A stretch of 64,000 nucleotides of DNA from Cyanobacteria bacterium P01_F01_bin.150 (GTDB taxonomy: Bacteria; Cyanobacteriota; Cyanobacteriia; CAKZMO01). The notes beneath the pieces are model-generated. The model had not been told where the DNA came from and did no database searches. It saw nothing but the letters and a program-made list of their open reading frames with translations. Below, one piece after another: positions 38,713 through 48,679 of the stretch. How positions within the stretch are numbered: the first letter of the stretch is position 1; every line of letters begins with the position of its first letter. The position numbers and the translations under genes were made by a program. The DNA lies in contig JBCCYL010000009.1 in assembly GCA_039189765.1 (NCBI GenBank), forward strand, positions 32,001 through 96,000, written 5' to 3'.

Positions 38713-41455
38713 TGGGCTTTCTCCGCAATACACGTAAAATATAAATCCAAACCAATACAGTGGGTAGGGTCCAGGGCAACAAAACGCCTGCTGAAATATA
38801 AAGCTGAAGGCTGGCCAGACCAGATAGTCCCGTTAAACCAGTAAATCCCAGCGTTAAGCGACGCCGCTGAAGATGAGTCCATTGGGAGTGAGGATAAGCC
38901 ACCTTAATCCACTGGGCCGTCACATAGCCAAAAAGTGCGGCGATCGCCACGACCCAACTATCCGGCACATGAATCACCTTACGCTGCGTCAAAAAATGGT
39001 GAACCATATAGGCATGAGCTTCGCCTTTGGGGAATGCTTCTTTGGTTCCAGATGGGAGAGGAGCGTTTGTAGTTGGATCGCTGATTAGATGAGACACTGG
39101 CGGAAAGATAGAATACCAATGTTTTGTAGCGCTAGGCAACGGTTCATTATCCTTGGCCTCATCAATTCCCGCTTCTGTATATCCCCCTGGTACGATCATC
39201 ACTGTCCGCCCCGATAAATCTAGTGACTGATCTAATACCGATTCATCTAATAAGGCCCAGGCTGGAATTCGGGCATACACCGCATCTGGAGGAATAGAAA
39301 AATCTAATAGTTGGGCAAACCATGTCTGACCAAACTGTTTATTGCTCCATAACGTTAGTGGGTGAAAGCGCGATCGCTCTTGAACGCGCTCTAAACGGTA
39401 CAGAGCATTAACAGCTTCAGACGTTAACGATATATTTGGAACTTGAGCACTATCAACAGGTGGAGATAACTCCACCGTATTTATAAACTGAGCGCGGAGA
39501 TCGGCTTGATTACTGCGGCTAGGAGGCTTAATCTGTGCAGCAATATCTGGATCCTGAGTGGCTTGCTGCAAAAGCGATAACAGATACGCAAATGGGCAGC
39601 GATTTAGGCGACAATCATCCCCAGGCGCTTGGAGGGTCATATATCCCATTAGGACATCAATATGAGCGCCCATCATCCATGAGGGCTGAGCAATTTCACT
39701 TTTTTGATTAACGCTGACTTCTTGTCCATCTTCACCAATAATAGACGCAAAAACCAACCACATTTCTTGATCAACCGCTTGATTGACTGCCTCCTGTAAG
39801 CGCTGGTCCATTTTAGGATCATCAGCCGGACGATCAAGAAGATAATCGATGCCAATAATGGATGCTTTTTGTTGAGCTAACGTCTGGATTAAATCAGCAA
39901 GGTAACTGCGATCAATTGGGAATGGGTCTCCCATTCGCCGATCTTTCTTCAAAGATTCTTCGTCTACCTGCACCAGTACAACAGGGGGGGAATCTGTGGC
40001 CGGAACCTGGTGGGTAAGTTGGCGATAGATGGCTTGGGTGCGTAATCGCTGGTCAAGACCGATCGACTGAGCGCTGGGCAGTAAGCTGAGGCCGAGGCAG
40101 GCAGTGAGGGCGATCGCTTCATACCTTAAGGGAATTAGTGTTTTAAGCTTTTGTCTCAGTCCTCTTTTCGGAATTCGAAATAGGGTTGCATCAGGATGGC
40201 AAAAAAGCGAAGGAACTAAATTAGCAGAGGGATAGGTAAATTGCTGCTCTAGCTTGAGCCATTGACAGGCTGACTGCATGGCTTCTTGCACATCTAGATG
40301 ATTCGCTAAGCTCTGCATAAATTTCCACAAGAAGGCTTGGGCAACCCGAGTATGGATTGGCTCCCGCATCACTACAACTTGGCTCAAGCCCAAATCCATC
40401 AAAAACTCGGCAATATCTAACCCATTACAGGAATTAAACAGCGCAAACTGTAGCCCCTTTTCCTTCGCAATTGATAAAGAGGGCGCTAACTCCTGCATAG
40501 TAATAGATGACCCTGGAGCAATGGCAAGCTGTCCGCCCATCAACTCTTTCTCATTACTGTGTCCGGCAAAAAGCAATAGATCCCAGCCATCATCATCGGC
40601 GATCGCCTTACAGACACGAATCTTTACCGCTTCTGGGGATTGATTTGGCTGCCAGCCCTCAAACGTGATATCCGCAATATTGGTTAAAGACTGAACCGCC
40701 TTTCGATCTTCGCGAAAATCTAAACCCGTGCTATCTCCTAAAATGATTAAGATTCGGGGACGACGATGACGACGATAGCGAAGGTGAGTCGCACCCGAAG
40801 CAGCATGAATTGTCAATGAACTACGAACAATCTGTACTGAATCTCTAGTGGCGAATTCGGCCCCTATTTCCCAAGTTTCCCAGGGAAAACGAGCCAGTTC
40901 AAGCGGATAACAGCTAAGAAAAAGGCGGGTTTCCATCGCCTGCTCAGGTAGTTGCTCCGTAGTCGGTTGCTTCTCTTGCTTTGGCAAATCTAGTGATGTT
41001 GTGCCCCGTGACTTTACTCCAGCAATAGTGGCACGGACTTCAAATAAGTCACTATGCCGTAACCAACGTTGAAATTCATAGGTTAAGGTCGTTTCTGCCT
41101 GGACTAAACGCTCATGCCAATCAGGTGGGGGAAGATTCACTGAACCCCCTGTGACTGCTTTTCCTCGCAAAGAGTTACTGGGTTTTGAGCTAGCACTATC
41201 CGTTACCAAAGAGTTTGGATCGGTAGCAAGAACCCTATCTTTAAGACGATCAGCACTCCGGAGTTCCATATCCGAAAGTTGCGAATAAAACGTAAGGTAT
41301 TGTCGTTGCCAATCTTGATATCTTTTTTCCAGAACAGAGGGATAGGGCACACGCGCCATTATTTTCTGCCCTTGTCCCCAAGACAGTTCAAATAAACAGA
41401 CCGCCTCAACGCGTTGAACCTGTAGATAAAAGTGACGGGAAGATTGGGAAACCAT
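38705..41455 (-). CDS. CHAT-CHASE2 transmembrane protein
   Basis: LARFPWETW, LLFAGHS and LFNSCNG (CHAT His/Cys), a TM, CHASE2 (VVLVQVDEES, RSYLADLI, IGIDYLLD, GEAHAY), then 3 C-terminal TMs. Confidence 0.9.
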   Translation of the reverse strand: MVSQSSRHFYLQVQRVEAVCLFELSWGQGQKIMARVPYPSVLEKRYQDWQRQYLTFYSQLSDMELRSADRLKDRVLATDPNSLVTDSASSKPSNSLRGKAVTGGSVNLPPPDWHERLVQAETTLTYEFQRWLRHSDLFEVRATIAGVKSRGTTSLDLPKQEKQPTTEQLPEQAMETRLFLSCYPLELARFPWETWEIGAEFATRDSVQIVRSSLTIHAASGATHLRYRRHRRPRILIILGDSTGLDFREDRKAVQSLTNIADITFEGWQPNQSPEAVKIRVCKAIADDDGWDLLLFAGHSNEKELMGGQLAIAPGSSITMQELAPSLSIAKEKGLQFALFNSCNGLDIAEFLMDLGLSQVVVMREPIHTRVAQAFLWKFMQSLANHLDVQEAMQSACQWLKLEQQFTYPSANLVPSLFCHPDATLFRIPKRGLRQKLKTLIPLRYEAIALTACLGLSLLPSAQSIGLDQRLRTQAIYRQLTHQVPATDSPPVVLVQVDEESLKKDRRMGDPFPIDRSYLADLIQTLAQQKASIIGIDYLLDRPADDPKMDQRLQEAVNQAVDQEMWLVFASIIGEDGQEVSVNQKSEIAQPSWMMGAHIDVLMGYMTLQAPGDDCRLNRCPFAYLLSLLQQATQDPDIAAQIKPPSRSNQADLRAQFINTVELSPPVDSAQVPNISLTSEAVNALYRLERVQERSRFHPLTLWSNKQFGQTWFAQLLDFSIPPDAVYARIPAWALLDESVLDQSLDLSGRTVMIVPGGYTEAGIDEAKDNEPLPSATKHWYSIFPPVSHLISDPTTNAPLPSGTKEAFPKGEAHAYMVHHFLTQRKVIHVPDSWVVAIAALFGYVTAQWIKVAYPHSQWTHLQRRRLTLGFTGLTGLSGLASLQLYISAGVLLPWTLPTVLVWIYILRVLRRKPNV

Positions 41456-41949
41456 ATCAAATTTAATACTATGGGGGATAAAAAATATGAAATACCGTTA
41501 GTATCCCACTCTGGTTGCGGATTGAATGTATCTCACCGTCCCACAGCTAGGATTCAGAGCTGATTTCATAGGCTGTTAATGAGCACACTTCGTTTTGCCC
41601 AACCGACACAAACATCAGGCCGTTGAGTTTGGGCAACTCTCACCTGCCTCCTTTCATTGTTATATGTCTCACCTGCTTCTAGCTATACAAATGACGGATT
41701 AAAATCCTGCCGACCCTTACCAAAATTGGCACACCCCATTGCGTTCGTTAAAAGGGCTGAAATTCCCATTTTTACGTTTATTACTCCATTTCTTGCCTTG
41801 TAAAAGTGAACCACTCTGAAAAGTGAGCGAGTTGGTCCCCATGCGTTCAGACAGTTCTCCTACGGTAAAGACATCGGGTTCGTTGGCGAGTTATTTCTTC
41901 CCAACAGCCCAAACCTCCACCGTTGCACTGTCTTAATACCGAAATTGCT

Positions 41950-44013
41950 ATGTTGAATTCCACTCATGATCCGCTTTACCTTACTTCTGACATCACAAAG
42001 GTAAACTTGAGCCCAGATTCCAAATCTTTTAGCGGCACTTTGGGCACTGATGATACACAACTCTATGCCTTTCAGACTAAAGACCCCAGCAGCCTATATG
42101 CTGAAGTTGAAGGAGAAGAGGTCGTCGTTACCTTAGCAAAAGATATTAATCAGGACGGCATCATTAGCCGCGATGAAACTCTGGCTAACTCCCGCTCCCG
42201 CTCTACCTCCTTTTTCTCTGGCCAGGCGTCTGATACGACGATTCAAGGGCTAAATGCATCCAACTTATCCAGCGACACGTTTTATCTACAGGTCTCTGGC
42301 TCTGGTGAGTACACTCTTTCGGCGTCCCTAAATGAGGCGATCGCCCCAACCTCCACCTCCACCTCCAGAAGCCGTAATGCATTCTCTAGTAGTGGGCAGC
42401 GCATCTCCAAAAAGAACTGGAATGCCAGCTTCCTCAATCTCTCCAGTCGTAGATTGAGGGACTACGACAGTTATGATTTTAGTAATGCCAACGCGGTCTA
42501 TGATTTGGGCAGTCGCAATAAAAAAGGTCGCATTGCCGCCAGACTCGAATTCGACTTTGGCAATAGCAGCCCCGAGGGAGTCAATTCCAGCAAGTTTGCC
42601 ATGGAAGCCTGGACGCGGGTGCGCTTGGCCAGAGGAAAGTTCTATCGGCTTAACGCAGTTTCCGATGATGGCATTCGCTTCGAGTTTCGAGACAGAAAGA
42701 CGGGCGAAGTGATTACAGAACTTGAGGGAGACTGGAGCGATCGCAGCCTCGACGATCCCGCCTATACCCAACTGCTGACTGCACCCAAAGGCGGCAACTA
42801 TGACTTCTATGTCCAGTATTACGATCGCCGGGGATACTCCGCCGCCGATGTCACCATAGAAAAAGCTAGACTCAGAGGCCAAGTCACCTCTTCGGCCCTT
42901 AATCTTCGTAACGGCCCCAGCACCGTCAATACGTCTACCATTGACACTTTGGCCCAGGGAGAAACCTTCCGCATCGTCAGACAGGTAACCTCTCCCACCG
43001 ACTCTACCTATCGCAACTGGTACAGAGTTGTCACCAGTGACAAGCAAAAAGGCTTTATTGCTGCGGATTCAAGATTTATAGATATTACCAATGACACCAC
43101 TGATGTGATCACGGTGGAAAATGCAGCCGATATTACTCCTCCCCCCTTATTTCCTGACAGCCCTACAGTTCCTGATAACGGCGGTGTAGACAGTGGCGCT
43201 GATTCCTCCAAAGGAATTATTAGCTCCAAAGTCTGGATTACCTCCGATGACAAAATTGCATTCCGTAATGACAAAAGCATTTCCGGTACCCAGCTTGCAC
43301 GCTTGCCTGAGGGCACCCCTGTGACGATTTTGAGCGAAGAAGTGGGTGGACGCTACTTAAATGATTTCGACCTCTGGTACAAAATTCAGGCAAACGTTGG
43401 GGGCGTCACTCAAGAGGGATATGTCGCCGCATACTATGTAGAGCGTACTACTTTTAACGGCACCTACGGCACATCAATTTCCAAAAGTAATGGCTCCTAC
43501 GCTCATCATATTGATGAAGCCACCAACGCTCGCTTTGACCCCAAAAACTCCAGCTACCGCCCCTTAATCGAAGACGCGGCCAGCAGATATGACTGGCTAG
43601 CGCCATCAGTGGTGGCAGGCATTGGCTCCCGAGAATCTGCCTGGGGTCGCTTCCTTAGCCCCCAAGGGCCAACCGGAACAGGAGATGGCGGCCACGGTCG
43701 CGGTCTAATGCAAATTGACGATCGCTTCCACCAAAGCTTTATCAACTCCGGCCAGTGGACCGACGCCAAAGCTAATATCAACTACGGCATCGACAATGTG
43801 TTGAGCGACTACTACGACTACTTGGATATCAGCACCAATCTAGAAGGCAAGGATTTATTGAGAGGCGCGATCGCCGCCTACAACGCTGGTCCCCAGAGCG
43901 TCCTTAACGCCATTAACCAAAACCTGGATATTGACTACTACACCACCGGACAGGACTACTCCTGGGATGTATTAAATCGGGCAGGCTGGTTCCAATCCCA
44001 CGGCTGGGCGTAA
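41950..44013 (+). CDS. Multidomain peptidoglycan hydrolase: PPC-like + PA14-like + 2x SH3b + goose-type (GH23) lysozyme
   Basis: SDDGIRF (PA14), LNLRNGPST..WYRV and WYKI..GYVA (SH3b), AGIGSRES, GRGLMQID, AAYNAG, TTGQDYSWDVLNRA. Confidence 0.85.
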   Translation: MLNSTHDPLYLTSDITKVNLSPDSKSFSGTLGTDDTQLYAFQTKDPSSLYAEVEGEEVVVTLAKDINQDGIISRDETLANSRSRSTSFFSGQASDTTIQGLNASNLSSDTFYLQVSGSGEYTLSASLNEAIAPTSTSTSRSRNAFSSSGQRISKKNWNASFLNLSSRRLRDYDSYDFSNANAVYDLGSRNKKGRIAARLEFDFGNSSPEGVNSSKFAMEAWTRVRLARGKFYRLNAVSDDGIRFEFRDRKTGEVITELEGDWSDRSLDDPAYTQLLTAPKGGNYDFYVQYYDRRGYSAADVTIEKARLRGQVTSSALNLRNGPSTVNTSTIDTLAQGETFRIVRQVTSPTDSTYRNWYRVVTSDKQKGFIAADSRFIDITNDTTDVITVENAADITPPPLFPDSPTVPDNGGVDSGADSSKGIISSKVWITSDDKIAFRNDKSISGTQLARLPEGTPVTILSEEVGGRYLNDFDLWYKIQANVGGVTQEGYVAAYYVERTTFNGTYGTSISKSNGSYAHHIDEATNARFDPKNSSYRPLIEDAASRYDWLAPSVVAGIGSRESAWGRFLSPQGPTGTGDGGHGRGLMQIDDRFHQSFINSGQWTDAKANINYGIDNVLSDYYDYLDISTNLEGKDLLRGAIAAYNAGPQSVLNAINQNLDIDYYTTGQDYSWDVLNRAGWFQSHGWA

Positions 44014-44014
44014 T

Positions 44015-44092
44015 TTGAATTTTGGATTTTAGATTTTAGATTTTGGACGGGTAAAAATTAAATCCAAAATCTAAAATCCAAAATCTAAAATC
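44015..44092. repeat. Inverted arrays of TTTT(A/G)GA heptamers forming a long hairpin between convergent genes
   Basis: TTTTGGATTTTAGATTTTAGATTTTGGA ... TCCAAAATCTAAAATCCAAAATCTAAAA. Confidence 0.85.
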
Positions 44093-44095
44093 TGT

Positions 44096-45121
44096 TTATC
44101 CATTCCGACTCAACGCCGTGATCATTGCCTGCTGGCTGACCGACTGGTAAACCGTATCCAAATATTGACGAACGGTTTGGGCATCATTGGGAGCCAGGGG
44201 CATTTTTCCTAATACGTCCAGTACGGTTTGGGCGGAGCCGGGGGGAGTGATTACCACTAGGGAAGGATCTAAGGGTTCGTTGTATTGCCAGAAGGCTTGG
44301 GGATCAAAATTGTCCATGTCCAACTCTGGAGATGGGTCGGGACCGGATTCTTGACGATGCTCTTCCTGAGCGTCTACGCGATCGCCTTTTGAGGATATTT
44401 CACTTGAATTTGATTCAGTCGTAACGGTAACGGATGGTGTCTCAGTTGATTCTGGGACGCCATTTTTTTCTGAGTTGTCGTTCGCAGTATCTTCAGCAAT
44501 ATCTTTGCTATCTTTAGATGCTGCATCGGGTAATGAGGTCAATAGGGGCGACCCTCCACTACGCTTTTGGCGTACCGCTTCCAAAATCTGACTTTTGGAA
44601 CGGCCCCGGAGTTCAAATAGGACAAACGGATCTTCTCTAAAAAAGTCCCCTAGCTGGTAGTAAACTGCGGCAATATGCTTACAGGGATTTTTGGGATCGG
44701 GGCAGTTGCAGCGCGATCGCACTTCCGCTAGCTTAAACGGGAATAGGCTGAGGCCATTGGCGGTAAAGACAGCTTCAATATCATCGGGCATTGTCCCAGC
44801 TAGCAGCTTAGCGGAATAAATCGCTTTTTCGGCAATGCTGCCTATGACATAATCCCAATCCTCGTCACTAAAGCGTTCGATGGAAATCTGAAGTTTATAA
44901 GGTTCATCTGCGGTGCCCTGTACCGTGGCGTAGACCTTCCCCTTCCGGAACTCCATATGCAGGATATTGCCTTCACGGGCATAGATCCGCCCACGCTCTA
45001 ACCGTTTTTTGAAGCGATAGGTATTGAGCAAGTCAACCCAGCGTTGGACCCACCATTCCTGTTCAATGGTTTCCCCTGTGGCTTGTACCGCCTCATTAGC
45101 GGCAGGCATCTGTGCAGTCAT
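44096..45121 (-). CDS. SWIM zinc-finger protein
   Basis: RLERGRIYAREG, VQGT..PY, CNCPD..PCKHIAAV, DPF.LF.LRG. Confidence 0.92.
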   Translation of the reverse strand: MTAQMPAANEAVQATGETIEQEWWVQRWVDLLNTYRFKKRLERGRIYAREGNILHMEFRKGKVYATVQGTADEPYKLQISIERFSDEDWDYVIGSIAEKAIYSAKLLAGTMPDDIEAVFTANGLSLFPFKLAEVRSRCNCPDPKNPCKHIAAVYYQLGDFFREDPFVLFELRGRSKSQILEAVRQKRSGGSPLLTSLPDAASKDSKDIAEDTANDNSEKNGVPESTETPSVTVTTESNSSEISSKGDRVDAQEEHRQESGPDPSPELDMDNFDPQAFWQYNEPLDPSLVVITPPGSAQTVLDVLGKMPLAPNDAQTVRQYLDTVYQSVSQQAMITALSRNG

Positions 45122-45444
45122 AAATTCACGCAGTTCAAAACATCTTTTTATCTTAATTCTTTGGATTGACCTTCAAGCTTAAAGAAATATAACCGACAAA
45201 CGATCTTAATACTTCTAGGGTGACAACTTTAGGTAGATGCTTTGCTCCCACACACCGCTTCATTGAAATAAATCAAGTTGTGATAATATCTGGCAAGTAA
45301 TTTCTTGTTGGGAGAAATATGGCCCAGCAAAATGTTTGATAAATTAGGGCTGCTTGATTTGTCTGAAGCCAGGAAGAATTTAACGAAATCCTGGGACACA
45401 AACCTCCCCAGTATTCTGTCTCAAAACACAAGCTAATAAATTTA

Positions 45445-46191
45445 ATGCCAATTAATCCTTTAGCCAAATCAAAAAACATCGCGTTATGGACTTGCCCTAG
45501 AAGTCGTTCAACCTTGGTAACCAGAGCATTTGAACAACTAGATGAGGGAATTATTTTTGATGAGCCTTTCTGTGCTCCCTATATACTGCACCATGGGTTT
45601 AATCAGCCTCACCGACAAGAGTTGTTAGCATTTTATAAAAACGATCACGATTACATCAAAGTGATTGAGAAAATTACGGGTGATCTACCACCTGGAGCGT
45701 CTTTTTCTTTTCAAAAACATATGTCTAAACATGTTCTACCGGACTTTGGTAAGGAATGGATGCAAGATCTTCACCATGTCTTTTTAATTCGGGATCCAAA
45801 GGAAATTGTCTTATCTTGGCATAAAGTCTGTGGAGACGTGACAGCCCATGATATTGGGATGGAAGTGCACTACCAAATATTTAAGTATGTTCAATCATTT
45901 AGTCAACATACTCCATTAGTCCTTGACTCAATTGATTTAGTGAGAAATCCTGAGGCGTTTCTTCGTCTAATCTGTTCACACTTTAATCTGAATTTTTCCA
46001 GTAGAATGTTGACCTGGAAAGCAGGTCTGAAAGACTCTAATCTGTTGTTTTCTGGCGCTTTATCCTCATTGGCTTCAACTTGGTATGAGGATGTTGCAAA
46101 CTCCACTGGCTTTCTGCCTTATCAAGAGAAGGAGATTTCTCTAACTGATAATCTAAAACGTCTGGCAGAAGATTGTTTCCCCTTCTATTAA
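45445..46191 (+). CDS. Sulfotransferase-like P-loop protein, possibly truncated by a late nonsense codon
   Basis: IALWTCPRSRST, DEPF, FQKHM, FLIRDP, P.VLDS.DL..NPE, ML.W, WY..V..STGF; in-frame ELYHYRHIFE continues after the TAA. Confidence 0.8.
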   Translation: MPINPLAKSKNIALWTCPRSRSTLVTRAFEQLDEGIIFDEPFCAPYILHHGFNQPHRQELLAFYKNDHDYIKVIEKITGDLPPGASFSFQKHMSKHVLPDFGKEWMQDLHHVFLIRDPKEIVLSWHKVCGDVTAHDIGMEVHYQIFKYVQSFSQHTPLVLDSIDLVRNPEAFLRLICSHFNLNFSSRMLTWKAGLKDSNLLFSGALSSLASTWYEDVANSTGFLPYQEKEISLTDNLKRLAEDCFPFY

Positions 46192-46280
46192 GAACTCTAC
46201 CATTATCGTCATATATTTGAATAATAGTGAAGGGACAACCTCTACGAGATTGCCCCCTCATCACAAAGCCGATGCAATAA

Positions 46281-46817
46281 TTAGGATTCTTGAGCAGCGC
46301 TTCCAGGCTGAATCAGATTCCTGACCCTGTTTTGACCGCCTTGATAAATGCGACGGACTCGATCGCCCCACTTGGCCCGATTTTGTTCGGCTTTTTGGGG
46401 AAACCAGGAAAAGATCGCCAAGTCTAGCATCAGCTCAGCCATGCGAGTCACGATCAGTAGCACTCCTGCCAGTAATCGGTAGCGAATTAAATAGTAGGGC
46501 GTAAAGGCAAAGGCGGAGAGCTGAAGAAAATTATCAAATAGTTCTTTATCCAGGTTAAACGAGACGCTGACATGCACCCGCATTAGGCTGTACCAAAGGG
46601 AAAAGACCACCAAAGTACTGACGACAAAGCCAATAAAGCCTTCCACTTTGTCCCAGGTAAACTTTAGAAAACGCTTGAAGGAAAGCCAGAGGGTACCACC
46701 AATGGCGATCGCCACGGTGCCGTAGGTAGCAACGTCAGCCCAGTCCAGTTCGCTTAGGTCTCCTAAGCTGGTCAAATCAAACTGCTGTAGCCAATCCAGT
46801 AAAAACGAGTCCCACAT
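46281..46817 (-). CDS. Small membrane protein, unknown function
   Basis: 178-aa ORF, AAGGAG SD upstream, about 4 hydrophobic segments. Confidence 0.7.
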   Translation of the reverse strand: MWDSFLLDWLQQFDLTSLGDLSELDWADVATYGTVAIAIGGTLWLSFKRFLKFTWDKVEGFIGFVVSTLVVFSLWYSLMRVHVSVSFNLDKELFDNFLQLSAFAFTPYYLIRYRLLAGVLLIVTRMAELMLDLAIFSWFPQKAEQNRAKWGDRVRRIYQGGQNRVRNLIQPGSAAQES

Positions 46818-47127
46818 TTTTTAATCACTCCTTAACAAATCCATGTGGCAATTCTGCAAGACATGGATATAAGCGTTAATGGCCTTGATATCCCTCGTCT
46901 CACACCAATAGACTAACGTGATGCTATTGGTGCTGTAGAGTACGGATTGTGCCATTGCCAGCCGATATCGCCCTTGATGACCAAGCCTTTTTACCGGGCC
47001 GCAAACGCTTAGCAGTCGTTCCTTAAGCCCCAAAAATCATGCATTTAAAAGTGCAATAATTCGGGTAGGGATAACCGCAGAGTCTGAGCGTTAGTTCCAA
47101 ATTGCTCACCATTCCTTCCATTCACCA

Positions 47128-47160
47128 GCGATCGCTCTCACTATTCCACTCAGCGATCGC
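47128..47160. repeat. HIP1 spacer array 1 (2 copies)
   Basis: GCGATCGC at 47128 and 47153. Confidence 0.7.
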
Positions 47161-47217
47161 CCTCTACCCCCAAAGACACAGTACCATTTAGGTGGGTGTA
47201 TTGATTGTTTTTCGCTT

Positions 47218-47308
47218 ATGCCAACGTTATTGAGAGTCGGTCCATATCGTTTTTTCTGCTATGCTGGTGACCCTGCTGGAGAGTTGGCATGACTTCTTCA
47301 ATGATTGA
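47218..47308 (+). pseudogene. DUF4160 (HicA-like toxin) remnant with central deletion
   Basis: ATG 47218 gives MPTLLRVGPYRFFCYAGD; another frame from 47273 gives LLESWHDFFND*, overlapping the DUF2442 start; the HxPPHxH core is absent. Confidence 0.8.
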
Positions 47309-47597
47309 TCGGATTGATACTCAAATAGTGAAGTTAGTAACAGTAACAGTAACTGATGAGTTTCTAACTGTTGATGTAATGGATGGACGGGTTATTTCTG
47401 CACCTTTGACCTGGTATCCTCGCCTGCTTAATGCATCTCAGGCAGAAAGAGAGAACTGGCGGCTAACAGGTGGAAAAACTGGCATTCATTGGCCTGACTT
47501 GGATGAGGATATTAGCATCCGGAATATTATTCTGGGTCAGCCATCTGGAGAAAGTCAAAAGTCACTCCAACGTTGGCTCAAAAGTAGAATGCAGTAG
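47289..47597 (+). CDS. DUF2442 family putative antitoxin
   Basis: L.VD..DGR.IS.PL.WYPRLLNAS..ER.NW...GIHWPDLDEDIS. Confidence 0.92.
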   Translation: MTSSMIDRIDTQIVKLVTVTVTDEFLTVDVMDGRVISAPLTWYPRLLNASQAERENWRLTGGKTGIHWPDLDEDISIRNIILGQPSGESQKSLQRWLKSRMQ

Positions 47598-47604
47598 TTT
47601 TTGA

Positions 47605-47783
47605 GCGATCGCCCCTCTCATCATAACTTGCGACAACGCGATCGCCCCCAAATTCCACAACAGCGATCGCCTCCAAATTCCACAACAGCGATCGCCCTCA
47701 CAATCCCAAACAGCGATCGATCCCACCACTCCACTAAAAAGCGATCGCCATTACAACCTAAAATCCCCACAATCAGCGATCGC
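47605..47783. repeat. HIP1 spacer array 2
   Basis: GCGATCGC at 47605, 47638, 47663, 47688, 47741, 47776 plus a variant at 47713; periods 25-35 bp. Confidence 0.9.
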
Positions 47784-47817
47784 ATACAATTACTCTGGTG
47801 CTCTACTCTGGCTTGGG

Positions 47818-48117
47818 ATGGCGATACGTAATTTTCAGAACAAGGCAACGGAAGATATCAACTATGGAGTAGTTTCAAAAATTGCGCTGAAGCTCCTTCC
47901 TCAAGAGTTGCATCGAAAGGCGCGAATTAAATTAGCGAGATTAGGTGCTGCCACTTCGATTCAGGATTTGCGAGAATTGAAAGGAAATCGGCTTGAAGCA
48001 CTGAAAGGGGACAGAAAGGGACAATATAGTATCAGAATTAATGATCAGTATCGGATTTGTTTTAAGTGGAAGCAAGATTATCCATACGATGTTGAGATTG
48101 TTGATTATCACGATTAG
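47818..48117 (+). CDS. higB: HigB (RelE/ParE family) toxin
   Basis: GNRLEALKGDRKGQYSIRINDQYRICF..VEIVDYH. Confidence 0.95.
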   Translation: MAIRNFQNKATEDINYGVVSKIALKLLPQELHRKARIKLARLGAATSIQDLRELKGNRLEALKGDRKGQYSIRINDQYRICFKWKQDYPYDVEIVDYHD

Positions 48118-48132
48118 AGTGGAGATAAGTTC

Positions 48133-48420
48133 ATGACCATACAACATGTTACGTCAATTCATCCTGGAGAGGTTTTACAAGACGAGTTAGAGGAACTAGA
48201 TATTTCACCCGAAATCTTAGCCGAGCACATCAAAGTTCCCATAACGAATATTTTGGATATCTGTAGTGGTCAAAAGGATATTGATGCAACGCTTGCCATT
48301 AAGCTTTCACGCGCATTAGGAGCTAGTCCTCTGTTTTGGCTTAATCTTCAAAACAATTGGGAATTAAGTCAAATTGATGAGTCCGCTTACCAGGATATTA
48401 AACCTGTCGTAGCTGCTTGA
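48133..48420 (+). CDS. higA: HigA family antitoxin (HTH)
   Basis: IHPGEVLQDEL, A.KLSRALG.SP.FWLNLQ. Confidence 0.95.
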   Translation: MTIQHVTSIHPGEVLQDELEELDISPEILAEHIKVPITNILDICSGQKDIDATLAIKLSRALGASPLFWLNLQNNWELSQIDESAYQDIKPVVAA

Positions 48421-48421
48421 C

Positions 48422-48653
48422 GCGATCGCCCCTAAAAATCTCACCAACGAGCGATCGCCTCCACAAAGTCCATCAACCAGCGATTGCCCTCAAAACTCCA
48501 CAAGTCAGCGATCGCCCTTCACCAATCCACCAACCAGCGACGCCCCTCCCATCATAACTGGCAACAAAGCGATCGCGTTCCAGCACCAGGAGCGATCGCT
48601 TTCCAAACTCCACAACAGCAGTCGATCCCACCACTCCACGAAAAAGCGATCGC
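48422..48653. repeat. HIP1 spacer array 3
   Basis: GCGATCGC at 48422, 48451, 48508, 48569, 48592, 48646 plus variants at 48480, 48537, 48618. Confidence 0.9.
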
Positions 48654-48679
48654 ATTTCTGACTCTCTACATTCCTAGGA

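Noticed and set aside
42328..43047. 239-aa antisense ORF
   Set aside because: Lies entirely opposite the well-supported lysozyme gene; a codon-bias shadow.
44096..45121. SWIM gene as part of a SWIM-SNF2 operon
   Set aside because: No SNF2 helicase lies in the window; separation alone is weak evidence of anything.
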